Source of the DNA: Flavobacteriaceae bacterium UBA7433
Lineage (GTDB): Bacteria; Bacteroidota; Bacteroidia; Flavobacteriales; Flavobacteriaceae
Reading direction: 5' to 3'
DNA length: 52,560 bases
NCBI GenBank assembly: GCA_002477565.1
Contig: DLQL01000104.1
Coordinates: 1 to 52,560 of the forward strand
Position numbers and translations under genes: made by a program. Shown here in pieces: positions 28,691 through 39,000 of this stretch. Every line of letters begins with the position of its first letter. Position 1 is the stretch's first letter. Under the pieces are notes generated by a model, which was not told where the DNA came from, did not search any database, and saw only the letters and a program-made list of their open reading frames with translations.

Positions 28691-30103
28691 TTACCCTTTT
28701 CCAATTCCCTTGTATTGGAATCCAATTGTTTTAAGCTTAACAGCGTCTAGGATGTTGCGTCCGTCAAAGAGAAAGGCAGGTTTGTACATTTTTTCGTAGA
28801 TGCTGGCCCAGTCGTAAGTTTTGAATTCGTCCCATTCCGTCAAAATCGCAATGGCATGGCTCTCCGCTACAGCTTCCATAGCTACGGAGTGTACAAAAAC
28901 TTGTGCCAATTTTTGTGTGATTCGCGCTTCGGGAATGTTATTCAATTCCCATAAATAACTCAGATCTCCCTTTATTTTTGCTTCCGATACTTTGGGGTCG
29001 TAGACGTGGATATTGGCACCGTCTTCGAGAAGTTGGTCGGCTACATAGATGGCTGCTGATTCTCGGGTGTCGTTGGTGTCTTTTTTAAAAGACCAGCCAA
29101 ACAAAGCAATCTTTTTGCCGTTGACCGTGTTGAATAAGGAGGTGATCATGTTTTTGGCAAAACGCTTTTTTTGATAATCGTTCAGTAGGATTACTTGTTC
29201 CCAATAATCTGCCACTTCTGGTAAATTGAAATAACGACAGAGGTAAACCAAGTTTAAAATGTCTTTTTGAAAGCAAGACCCTCCAAAACCAACGGAAGCT
29301 TTTAAGAATTTGGGGCCAATGCGACTGTCCGTTCCAATTGCGTGTGCTACTTCGTCCACATCGGCTTCGGTCGCTTCGCACAAGGCCGATAAGGCATTGA
29401 TGGAAGAGATGCGCTGTGCCAAAAAGGCGTTGGCGGTGAGTTTGGATAATTCCGATGACCAAACATTGGTGGTCAATATCTGATCGTCTTGCAACCAGTG
29501 TTTGTAAATATCGATCAAGGCTTGGGTGGCTTTTTTTCCAGAAGAAGTTTGGTTGCCACCAATCAAGACACGGTCTGCTTTGAACAAATCGTCGATGGCG
29601 GTGCCTTCTGCTAAAAATTCGGGATTGGACAAGACTTCAAAATGCACGCCATTTCCGGTACTGTCCAAGATTGTTTGCAAGGTTTCGGCAGTACGTACGG
29701 GCAAGGTCGATTTTTCAACAATGATTTTGTCGTTTTTAGCCACGCGGGCGATTTGTCGCGCACAGAGCTCTACAAATTTCAGATCGGCGGCCATTCCTTT
29801 GCCCTCACCATAGGTTTTGGTCGGGGTGTTGACTGCGATAAAAATCATGTCCGCCGCATCAATTGCAGCATCTACATCTGTAGAGAAAAACAGGTTTTTT
29901 CCGCGCGCTTCAGCAACCACTTCCGCAAGTCCCGGTTCGTAAACAGGCAAGTTGTCCAAGTCTTCGTTGTTCCAAGCGGCAATGCGCGCTTCGTTCAAGT
30001 CGACGACGGTAACCTTTATTTCAGGACACTTTAAAGCAATGACAGACATGGTAGGACCACCTACGTAACCGGCACCAATACAGCAGATGTTTTTTATTTT
30101 CAT
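28691..30103 (-). CDS. ugd: UDP-glucose 6-dehydrogenase
   Basis: [35 protein letters not shown]. Confidence 0.96.
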   Translation of the reverse strand: MKIKNICCIGAGYVGGPTMSVIALKCPEIKVTVVDLNEARIAAWNNEDLDNLPVYEPGLAEVVAEARGKNLFFSTDVDAAIDAADMIFIAVNTPTKTYGEGKGMAADLKFVELCARQIARVAKNDKIIVEKSTLPVRTAETLQTILDSTGNGVHFEVLSNPEFLAEGTAIDDLFKADRVLIGGNQTSSGKKATQALIDIYKHWLQDDQILTTNVWSSELSKLTANAFLAQRISSINALSALCEATEADVDEVAHAIGTDSRIGPKFLKASVGFGGSCFQKDILNLVYLCRYFNLPEVADYWEQVILLNDYQKKRFAKNMITSLFNTVNGKKIALFGWSFKKDTNDTRESAAIYVADQLLEDGANIHVYDPKVSEAKIKGDLSYLWELNNIPEARITQKLAQVFVHSVAMEAVAESHAIAILTEWDEFKTYDWASIYEKMYKPAFLFDGRNILDAVKLKTIGFQYKGIGKG

Positions 30104-30223
30104 GATTTTAGAATGTTTTATTTTTTGATTTGTGAATGAGAAAGTGAAGCAGGGATTTGTTGTTAATTGATTCTTTATTTAATTTGGTACGTAATCAATT
30201 TTATAAAATCCATGATCCTCTAA

Positions 30224-31180
30224 TTACAGTTTTACTTCTTTGAAATTTTCTTGGTTTTTTAGAAACCAGCCATAGGTATTTTCAATCCCTGCTTTCAGGG
30301 AGTATTTTGCTTTCCAGCCCAAGGCGTTCATCTTGGAGCTGTCCATCAACTTGCGCGGAGTTCCATCTGGTTTGTCAGTATCCCAAACGATTTCTCCAGC
30401 GTGGCCTGTTTGGGCTTGGATGGTTTCTGCCAATTCTCTGATGGTTACATCAGTTCCCGTTCCAACATTGTACAGGTGTTCAGGAAGCACGTTTTCCAAA
30501 GCGAAAATCACGGATTGTGCCAAATCGTCTACGTGTAAAAATTCACGCATCGGGGTTCCTGACCCCCATAATTTTACAGGGCTGTTGTCGTTATTGGCTT
30601 CGTGGAATTTGCGCAGCATGGCAGGTAAGACATGTGAGGTTTCTAAATCAAAATTGTCAAAAGGCCCGTATAGGTTTGTCGGCATCAGACTCACAAAGTC
30701 TTTGTCGTATTGTTTGCGAATGGCTTCACAGAGTTTGACCCCCGATATCTTGGCAAGCGCGTACCATTCGTTTGTCGGTTCCAAGCTGTCCGTTAAGAGG
30801 TATTCCTCTTTGAGGGGTTGGGGTGCAAATTTTGGATAGATGCAGGAGCTCCCCAAAAAGATAAATTTTTGAACCTCTTCTTCGTGGGCTGCAGCAATTA
30901 GATTGTTTTGAATCTGCATGTTTTCCATTAAAAAGGGGTAGGGATAATTGTTGTTGGCCAAGATGCCTCCCACTTTTGCTGCAGCATCGATGACCACCTC
31001 TGGTTGTTCGCTTTTAAAAAAAGCTGTCACAGCTGCTTGGTTTTTGAGGTCCAATTCTTTGGAGGTCTTGCCGATCAGACGGGAATATCCTTTCGCCTCA
31101 AGGGCTCTCCAGCAAGCAGATCCCACCATACCTCGGTGGCCTGCAATGTATATTTTTGTGGTTTTTGTAATTTTTTTCAT
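30224..31180 (-). CDS. fcl: GDP-L-fucose synthase
   Basis: GHRGMVGS, AKVGGI, LGSSCIYP, YALAK, SHVLPA, KPDGTPRK; start reset to MKKITK. Confidence 0.96.
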   Translation of the reverse strand: MKKITKTTKIYIAGHRGMVGSACWRALEAKGYSRLIGKTSKELDLKNQAAVTAFFKSEQPEVVIDAAAKVGGILANNNYPYPFLMENMQIQNNLIAAAHEEEVQKFIFLGSSCIYPKFAPQPLKEEYLLTDSLEPTNEWYALAKISGVKLCEAIRKQYDKDFVSLMPTNLYGPFDNFDLETSHVLPAMLRKFHEANNDNSPVKLWGSGTPMREFLHVDDLAQSVIFALENVLPEHLYNVGTGTDVTIRELAETIQAQTGHAGEIVWDTDKPDGTPRKLMDSSKMNALGWKAKYSLKAGIENTYGWFLKNQENFKEVKL

Positions 31181-31287
31181 TTTTTTAGCCTGATTGTTGA
31201 TCCAGTGATGTTTGGTTGAGGATTTGCTATTCGGAATTTGATTTACTGACAATGTTTGTAGAATCTACGATTCATTAAGTCCAATTT

Positions 31288-32403
31288 TTACTCAAAATAA
31301 TTCAAGGTTTGGTGTCCTCCTTCATTCAAATACTTGTCTCTTTTAAAGAGATTCAAATCAGAGGACATCATGTCGTCTACCAATTCTTCCAATTGAATTT
31401 TTGGTACCCAGCCTAGCTTTTCTTTTGCTTTGGTCGGGTCTCCAATCAAAAGATCTACTTCTGTTGGACGGAAATATTTGGGGTCAATAGACAAAATCTC
31501 TTTTCCTATTTCCAATTGGTATTCCGAATTTGAACAAGCTGCAATTACTGCGGTTTCATCCAATCCTTCTCCTTTGAACTCGAGGCTTATCCCAATGTGG
31601 GCAAAGGCCATTTTTACAAAATCACGGATGGTTGTGGTGCGTCCAGTGGCGATGACCCAATCCTCAGCAGTGTCTGCTTGTAATATCATCCACATCATGC
31701 GAATGTAATCTTTGGCATGTCCCCAATCTCGCTTGGAATTCAAATTCCCTAAATAAAACTTGTCCTGAAGTCCCAAAGCGATGCGAGACACCGCACGGGT
31801 AATTTTACGGGTGACAAAAGTCTCCCCTCTCAAAGGCGACTCATGGTTGAACAAAATTCCGTTGCACGCAAATATGTCATAAGCTTCACGGTAGTTTACG
31901 GTGATCCAATACGCATACATTTTTGCAACGGCATAGGGAGATCGCGGATAAAAAGGCGTGGTTTCTGTCTGCGGTACTTCTTGCACTTTCCCGTATAATT
32001 CTGAAGTAGAGGCCTGGTAGATGCGTGTTTTTTGTTCAAGGCCCAACAAACGAATGGCCTCCAAAAGACGCAATGTCCCAATGCCATCGGCGTCGGCCAC
32101 GTATTCAGGCATGTCAAATGACACCCTTACATGACTCATCGCCGCGAGGTTGTAGATTTCATCAGGTTGGATTTGTTGCAACAAACGCGTCAGGTTCGTG
32201 CTGTCCGTCATGTCACCATGGTGTAGTATGAATTTTTGGTTGTCCACATGTGGGTCTTGGTACAAGTGATCGATGCGATCGGTATTAAACAAGGAGGTAC
32301 GGCGTTTCAAACCGTGAACGGTATAGCCTTTTTTTAATAAAAACTCTGACAAATAGGCGCCATCTTGGCCGGTTACTCCTGTAATCAATGCTACTTTGTT
32401 CAT
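31288..32403 (-). CDS. gmd: GDP-mannose 4,6-dehydratase
   Basis: [41 protein letters not shown]. Confidence 0.97.
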   Translation of the reverse strand: MNKVALITGVTGQDGAYLSEFLLKKGYTVHGLKRRTSLFNTDRIDHLYQDPHVDNQKFILHHGDMTDSTNLTRLLQQIQPDEIYNLAAMSHVRVSFDMPEYVADADGIGTLRLLEAIRLLGLEQKTRIYQASTSELYGKVQEVPQTETTPFYPRSPYAVAKMYAYWITVNYREAYDIFACNGILFNHESPLRGETFVTRKITRAVSRIALGLQDKFYLGNLNSKRDWGHAKDYIRMMWMILQADTAEDWVIATGRTTTIRDFVKMAFAHIGISLEFKGEGLDETAVIAACSNSEYQLEIGKEILSIDPKYFRPTEVDLLIGDPTKAKEKLGWVPKIQLEELVDDMMSSDLNLFKRDKYLNEGGHQTLNYFE

Positions 32404-32445
32404 CTTATTTTAATTTTAAACTGTATTTTTTTTTATTTCGATCCC

Positions 32446-33459
32446 TTACAGAAGTTCCGGGTTTGTTTTTTTGATTTTGTTGTGGATTTTTTTTACTTCC
32501 TGACTCTCACCGATGGGCAACAGCAAAATTGTGTCCGATGTTTCCACCAAAAAGAAATTGTCCATACCAGCGGTAGTGATCAGTTTTTTTGAAAAGGCAA
32601 GGGCGTTTTCAGCACCTTCAATTTTTTTGATGCCGTTCACCAAAGATTTTTCTTGGGCATAGTCTATCAAGGCATCAAAAGAACCGAGGTCTGTCCATTC
32701 GAAATCTGAGGGAACTGTTTTGACCAGTTTTGATTTTTCGAGTACTGCGTAGTCAATGCTGTCATCGGGAATAGCAGCCATGGCCTCGTAAGTGATCTGA
32801 CCGGCTACTTTTGATTGGTGCGCGTGTTCGCATGCCGCCAATATTTCGGGGTGGTATTTTTTTAATTCTTTTAAATAGGTTTTTGCTTGAAAGCAGAACA
32901 TCCCAGAATTCCAATAAAAATTTCCAGAAGCGAGGTATTCTTTGGCAGTTTTAAGATCTGGCTTTTCCCGAAATTTTAAAACATCTTCTCCAGCAGCTTC
33001 AATATAACCAAATCCAGTTTCCGGGTGTTTGGGTTGAATGCCGAAGGTCACCAAATAGCCTTTTTCTGCGAGGAAGATGGCTCGATCCAACGCCGTTTGG
33101 TAGCGCTCATCATCTGCGATCATTTGATCGGATGGCGTGACAAATAAAATACTGTCTTCTTGCAAATCCATACAAGCAAGGGCGATGGCCGGTGCTGTAT
33201 TGCGCCCAACGGGCTCACTGATTTGATACGGGATGTTGAGGTCAATTGACTTTGCTTGCTCTTGAGCCATGTCTAATTGGGTTTCATTGGTGATCAACAT
33301 AAAATCTGAAACCTTGTTGCTGTTGCGCAACATCGTGTGTTGGAACAATGATTTTTTTTGAAATATTTTTAAAAATTGTTTCGGGTTTTTGTGCCTGGAC
33401 AAAGGCCAAAGTCGGGTCCCGGATCCTCCACTGAGGATGACGTTGATACAAGTTGCCAT
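32446..33459 (-). CDS. manC: Mannose-1-phosphate guanylyltransferase
   Basis: ILSGGSGTRLWPLSR, EPVGRNTAPA, FREKP, SIDYAVLEKS, WTDLGS. Confidence 0.94.
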   Translation of the reverse strand: MATCINVILSGGSGTRLWPLSRHKNPKQFLKIFQKKSLFQHTMLRNSNKVSDFMLITNETQLDMAQEQAKSIDLNIPYQISEPVGRNTAPAIALACMDLQEDSILFVTPSDQMIADDERYQTALDRAIFLAEKGYLVTFGIQPKHPETGFGYIEAAGEDVLKFREKPDLKTAKEYLASGNFYWNSGMFCFQAKTYLKELKKYHPEILAACEHAHQSKVAGQITYEAMAAIPDDSIDYAVLEKSKLVKTVPSDFEWTDLGSFDALIDYAQEKSLVNGIKKIEGAENALAFSKKLITTAGMDNFFLVETSDTILLLPIGESQEVKKIHNKIKKTNPELL

Positions 33460-33508
33460 TTGTTTGTTTTTAAATTTAGTATTTTCCCTAAGTAACGGGA
33501 TGCACCAC

Positions 33509-33799
33509 TTAGTTTTCGTGGTTCATTATTTTTTTGAGTTCTTCCAGGGTTTTGTTCCCAAAACCTCGAATCCCTTTTAGGGTGTTTAAGTCTTCTGAGG
33601 CAGCTCTTCGAACGTCGGAAAGTGTCACCAACGGATACCCTAAGATTTCATTGTTGTTTACGAGATCGATGATGTTTCGCAAACGTTTTGAAAAAGGGTG
33701 GTCTTTGATGAGTTTTTTGTCAGCGCTTTGCTTTGTAAACTCACTTTCAAAATCTTCAATGATTTTTTTTGCCAATAAATAAGAATTTTTGTCTGCCAT
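33509..33799 (-). CDS. Stand-alone RNA polymerase alpha-CTD-like (helix-hairpin-helix) protein
   Basis: KDHPFSKRLRNII..TLSDV..LKGIRGFGNKTLEELKKIM aligns by eye to alpha-CTD DLSVRALNCL..TLGDL..LMKFRNFGKKSLTELEEL. Confidence 0.7.
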   Translation of the reverse strand: MADKNSYLLAKKIIEDFESEFTKQSADKKLIKDHPFSKRLRNIIDLVNNNEILGYPLVTLSDVRRAASEDLNTLKGIRGFGNKTLEELKKIMNHEN

Positions 33800-33857
33800 T
33801 ACAATGGATTTTAAAAATTAGATATCGGGGGGTGTTTTCTTTTGTTAATTAGGGTTT

Positions 33858-34364
33858 TCAAATGACTTTGATTTCTGTCTGGTAATCCAAAGTTACTTTT
33901 AGACCGAGGTCTGTCAATAGAATTTTAATTTTCTTTTTCCCCACCTGCTTTGCGGTTCCTTTTTTGCCTTTGAAAGGGCCAGATTCAATTGCGACGAGAT
34001 CTCCGGAAGTTATTTTTTCAACTTTTGAGGAAACGACGTCTTTATCAAGCCATTTTTTGATCAGTTCAATTTCTTCTTCTCGAACGATTGCAGCTTGCCC
34101 AAGCCATCTCAAATAGCCCAATACCCCTGGTGCTTCAAAAACACGGTTGCGTTCCTTTTCTTCTGTCTGAACAAAAACGTAGGTAGAAAATAAAGGGACT
34201 TGTATTTTTTTTTTGCGATCCGACCATTGGTGTATTTGTGTTGTTGTTGGACAATACACACGGATTCCTGATTTTTCAAGCCGTTCTGCAGTTTTTTTTT
34301 CATACCGTGGCTTTACACGAATGACAAACCAGTTTTTGTGAGGGGGCGTTTTTTCGGTTTGCAT
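33858..34364 (-). CDS. upxY: UpxY-family (NusG paralogue) transcription antiterminator
   Basis: NGN domain NWFVIRVKPRYEKK..HQWSDRKKKIQVPLFSTYVFV; KOW GDLVAIESGPFKG; first gene of the operon; start reset to MQTEK. Confidence 0.93.
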   Translation of the reverse strand: MQTEKTPPHKNWFVIRVKPRYEKKTAERLEKSGIRVYCPTTTQIHQWSDRKKKIQVPLFSTYVFVQTEEKERNRVFEAPGVLGYLRWLGQAAIVREEEIELIKKWLDKDVVSSKVEKITSGDLVAIESGPFKGKKGTAKQVGKKKIKILLTDLGLKVTLDYQTEIKVI

Positions 34365-34381
34365 TTTTGTTTGATTTTGGA

Positions 34382-34425
34382 ACGGCTTCGCCGTGTTGAG
34401 CCCCATTAAAAGCGGTGGGGGTCAA
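34382..34425 (-). promoter_or_regulatory. ops-like UpxY loading/pause element with upstream RNA hairpin
   Basis: Minus strand: hairpin TTGA-C-CCCCA..TGGGG-C-TCAA followed by ACGGC-GAA-GCCGT (contains GCGAAGC) in the upxY leader. Confidence 0.7.
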
Positions 34426-34436
34426 TTGGGGTATTG

Positions 34437-34490
34437 CAAAATTGAAGTCTGCTGTGTTTTTTTTGACAACTTAAAAATAACAACACAGCA
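34437..34490 (-). promoter_or_regulatory. Putative capsule-operon promoter overlapped by a 9-bp inverted repeat
   Basis: -7-like CAATTTTG (34444-34437), TTG about 22 nt upstream; TGCTGTGTT (34450-58) / AACACAGCA (34482-90). Confidence 0.5.
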
Positions 34491-34745
34491 TTCCATTCCA
34501 AAAATACATTAAGTATTGCTCTCTAAAGTAGGGTTTGTACATTCAGCTCAAAATTTTAGAGTAAACAGACGCTATTTTAAATGAAATGATAATTTTAAAT
34601 TCAATTTTCATTAAGTATTTTATGTATTTGACATCTATTTTTTGATATTATAATATATAGTAATCTTAAAATTTAATTCAAAAAAAGCAATTTTACGTCT
34701 TTTAATATGTAGTTTTACACAATTTCATGACTTGCATCTAAATCT

Positions 34746-35903
34746 ATGGACACATTTCAATTCAGCTATGTTTTTGCATCGGTATCAATCCTTGTCTTGC
34801 TTTTCTTTTTCCGTGTCAACAGAAAGAAAAATCCAATAGCAGATTCGTATTTTATTTTACTTCTTTGCGTCTTGCTTCTTCGTTTTTTGTATCTTATAAT
34901 TTATCCTCCCTCTGTCGATGGGCTGGTGTTGAATGATGTTCTGCTCTTACAGTCTCAAATCTTTGTTGTTGTGTTGTTTTATTTGCATTTACTCAACCAA
35001 ACAGAGGTTCAAAGATTGTCGCGTTTGAAGTTGGAATTTCACCTCATTTATTCCTGCCTGCACTTGCCTGTATTTTATCTTTTGTACAAGGTTTTTTTTC
35101 CGAAAACACCTATACACATTGCTGTAGCCATTATTGTTTTTACGTATGTTCTTTTGTATTTTCTCCTGTTGATTCGTGTTTTTTTAAAGTATTCAAAGGC
35201 TGCAAATGGGAGTTACGATTCTTATACGGATAGTGAGAACGCTATTGTTCAAAAGTGGGTTTTTTTTCTTTCTGTAACTTTTGTGATTTTTCTTTTTTCA
35301 AAACTTTTCGTCTTTTTTTACAACCGTATCAGTCACCAACATATTTCTGCACCCTATTACTATTTTATTTCCTCCTCTTTTTGGCTCCTTGTTTTGCTTC
35401 GAATTTTGACAGATCCACTTTTTTTGATGGGCGCTAAAAATAGATCAATTAGGTCAAACCGACTAAATAAGAACAACTCTTCACTGGGCCCTTGTTGGTC
35501 ACATACGAGTTCTGAAATTACAAACCAACAAGATCTTTTGTTGTCCCAAAAAATTGAATTTCAAGTTCAGTTCTACATAAGAGCAACCGAAGACTTTTTT
35601 GAAAATTCTTTTGACTTTTCACAGCAAAAATTTGGAATCACTGACCTGTCGTTCAAACTTCACGTTCCACAAAGTCATTTGAAATTTATTTTCAAATACC
35701 ACTGTGAGTTTGGTTTTTCCTATTATTTGGTTTCTTTGAGAATCCAAAAAGCCACCGATTTGATGTTGAGTGATTTTATCAAGTTCAATACCTTGGAGAA
35801 AGTTTCTTCAATGGTCGGCTATTCAAACTACAACACCTTTTTTTTAAATTTCAAATCAGTGGTCGGGATGACTCCCAATCAATTTGTCAAAAAGATGGTT
35901 TGA
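34746..35903 (+). CDS. Membrane-anchored AraC-family regulator
   Basis: About 7 TM segments, then a C-terminal AraC HTH (LRIQKATDLM..TLEKVSSMVGYSNYNTFFLNFKSVVGMTPNQF). Confidence 0.88.
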   Translation: MDTFQFSYVFASVSILVLLFFFRVNRKKNPIADSYFILLLCVLLLRFLYLIIYPPSVDGLVLNDVLLLQSQIFVVVLFYLHLLNQTEVQRLSRLKLEFHLIYSCLHLPVFYLLYKVFFPKTPIHIAVAIIVFTYVLLYFLLLIRVFLKYSKAANGSYDSYTDSENAIVQKWVFFLSVTFVIFLFSKLFVFFYNRISHQHISAPYYYFISSSFWLLVLLRILTDPLFLMGAKNRSIRSNRLNKNNSSLGPCWSHTSSEITNQQDLLLSQKIEFQVQFYIRATEDFFENSFDFSQQKFGITDLSFKLHVPQSHLKFIFKYHCEFGFSYYLVSLRIQKATDLMLSDFIKFNTLEKVSSMVGYSNYNTFFLNFKSVVGMTPNQFVKKMV

Positions 35904-35989
35904 CGCTCGTTTTGTTTAAAGATTCAGTTATTTATTCATGTCGTGTTGATGTAGGGTTTCATTTTTCATTCTTTACTGTTAATTGTGCG

Positions 35990-35997
35990 TACCTTTG
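35990..35997 (+). promoter_or_regulatory. -7 promoter box for the CotH gene
   Basis: TACCTTTG, 27 nt before ATG 36025. Confidence 0.65.
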
Positions 35998-36024
35998 ACA
36001 GATACTCAAACCCCAAACAAAAAA

Positions 36025-39000
36025 ATGATTTTTAAAAAAGATGTTTTCAGATTGTTGTTTTTGTTTACGGCAGTACTTTCCGCTCAAACAGTCCAAATAA
36101 GCGAAGCCGTTTCTTCTAATTCTACGTATACAGATGAAGATGGAGACACGCCAGATTGGTTTGAGTTGTACAATACTTCTTCTCAATCCATTTCTTTAAA
36201 AGATTGGACCATATCTGACGACCCTGACAATCTATCAATGTTTGTTTTTCCAAATATCAGCATCCCGTCCGATGGCTATCTTCGGGTGTGGGCTTCGGAC
36301 AAAGACCGTTCAGAAATCACTTCCGTGAGGACATTTGTAGATCGAGGAGCTCTTTTCAACTACCTTATTCCTACGAGCGAACCGCCTTCAAATTGGACAG
36401 CTCCTAATTTTCAAGACGGCTCCTGGGCACAAGGAACCTCAGGGTTTGGATACGATGATGGAGACGATGCAACACAGGTGCCAACAGGAACGCGCTCGGT
36501 CTACACCAGAATATCTTTTCAAGTTACTGACCTAGAAGCATTGACTCAGTTGGTTTTGGACATGGATTACGACGACGGTTTTGTCGCATACATCAACGGC
36601 AATGAAGTAGCACGTGCCAACATCACCGGTGTGCCTCCTGCTTTTGATTCCGGTACATTTACAGATCACGAAGCTAAAATATACAGAGGTGATGTGCCGG
36701 AACGTTTTTCAATCGCCAATCCCCAAACGGTTTTACAAGAAGGAAGCAATACGTTGGCCATACAAGTTCACAATGTAAGCGAGTGGTCTTCGGACATGAC
36801 CTTAATTCCCTTTTTGTCCGCTGTCTTTTCAAGGCCCAATTCTAGTGGAACGACCCCTCCAAATCTTTTGAATTTTTCCAATGGGAGTTTGCACACCAAC
36901 TTTAAAATCTCATCGAAATCTGATCAGTTGTTGTTGAGCAACCCTGAAGGAGAATTGGTAGATGATTTGTTGGTAGAAGGACTCAAACAAAATGTTTCGA
37001 TGGGTATTTCTCCTCAATCTGGCAATTTGGTTTATTTTTTGGAAACCACACCAGGAGCCCCCAATTCTTCTGAGGAATACATCGGCGTTTTTAAAGATCC
37101 TGTGGTCTTTTCAGTTCCGGGGGGACGCCTCAATGCTCCCGTCAATTTGGAACTTTCAGGAGCTGGCGAAGGACAAAAAATCCATTACACAACGGATGCC
37201 AGTTTGCCAACCGAAAATTCTCCCATATACACCGCTCCCATTCGCATTGCGAATAACCAAGTCGTGCGTGCAGGGTTTTTTGCGACAGGGTACCTTCCCG
37301 CCGAAATCGATTCTAAGACCTACCTATTCAATGCCAATCACGAGATAGATTTTGTAACTTTAGTGACGGATCCTGACAATTTTTTCGATGCGGATACAGG
37401 AATCTATGTCACGGGGCCTCCAGGAACATTTGATACCAACATCCCTTATTTTGGAGCCAACTTTTGGGAAGATTGGGAGCGCCCAATTCATTTCTCATTT
37501 TACGAAAAAGAAACGGGTGACTTGGGCGTCGCTTTCAATACAGGTGTAAAAATTTATGGTGCTTGGAGCCGTGGGCAAAATGCACAAAGATCACTAGCTG
37601 TTTTTGCACGTGGAAAATACGGTACTTCAGAATTTGACTATCCTTTTTTTGAAGAACGCAGCTATGATAAGTTCCAGGCCTTGGTGTTGCGGAACTCAGG
37701 ACAAGCTTGGTTGAAATCCACCATCCGAGACATCACTTTGACAAGTCTCATGGAAGGATCTGGTCTGGATCTTCAAGCTTATACTCCCGTAGCGACTTAT
37801 TTGAATGGGGATTATTGGGGCTTGTACAACCTCAGGGAAAAAAACAACGAACACATGCTGGCTTCCAAGCACGAAATTGATGCCGAAGGAATTGATCTTT
37901 TGACAGCAAATGCCGAAGTTGTAGAGGGAACCAATCAAGAGTACAGCGCCTTGATCAATTATATCTCGAGCACGAATTTGTCCGTCGACGCAAATTTTGA
38001 CTACGTGCGCGAACGGATAGATATTCCAAATTACACCATGTATCAAGTTGCCCAAATCTATATCAACAATCAAGATTGGCCGGGAAACAACATCAAATTT
38101 TGGAAACACCCCGAAGGCAAATGGCGTTGGATTTTATACGACACTGACTTTGGATTCAGTCCTTGGTTCCGTCCGAGCAATGACTATGTAGCCAACACCC
38201 TTGAATTTGCTTTAGAACCCTACGGCCCAGGTTGGCCAAACCCAGCTTGGTCAACCCTGTTGTTTCGAAAGCTCATTGAAAATACAAGGTTTAGAAATGG
38301 TTTTATCAACCGCTACGCGGATGAGCTCAATACTCGATTTTTAGCGGAAAATGTCAAAACCCACATCGAGTCGGTATTGGCAAAAGTAGCTCCTGAACTG
38401 CAAGCGCACTACACACGCTGGAATGGGAATTTTGACGACGTAGGCTATTATGTAAACTTGATGAAAGTCTTTGCTCAAGAGCGACCTCAATTCGCAAGAA
38501 GTCATTTGAGGTCTAGATTTAATTTGACAGCTGAACACCGTCTTACGATCAACAACACCCAACAAGACAGGGGTTATGTCGAAGTCAATGACAATTTAAA
38601 AATTGACCAAGCATCCTGGTTTGGCACTTATTTTCAGAATGTTCCGATACGCTTGCATGCCATTCCGCTTCCTGGATTTGTCTTTTCGCATTGGAGTGGG
38701 AGTGATAATACATCTGAAGCTAGCATCGATGTCAATCTGCAAAATTCTTTTCAAATTCGTCCGAATTTTGTTCCTGCTGAAACCCCTCTTAAATTAGTGA
38801 TCAATGAAATCAATTACAAGTCCAGCGATCAGAAAGATTCCGGAGATTGGGTAGAGTTGTACAATCCAAATGAAACAGCGTTGGACCTTTCCAATTGGGT
38901 GCTCAAAGATATGAAAGACACCAATACATTTGTTCTTCCAGCTGCAACGACAATTCCGAGCAAGGGGTTCTTGGTACTCGTCAAAAATGGCAATGATTTT

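Noticed and set aside
34450-34490. Bacteroides-style invertible promoter
   Set aside because: The inverted repeats are only 9 bp and 23 nt apart, exclude the -7 box, and no recombinase is nearby; kept only as a possible operator.
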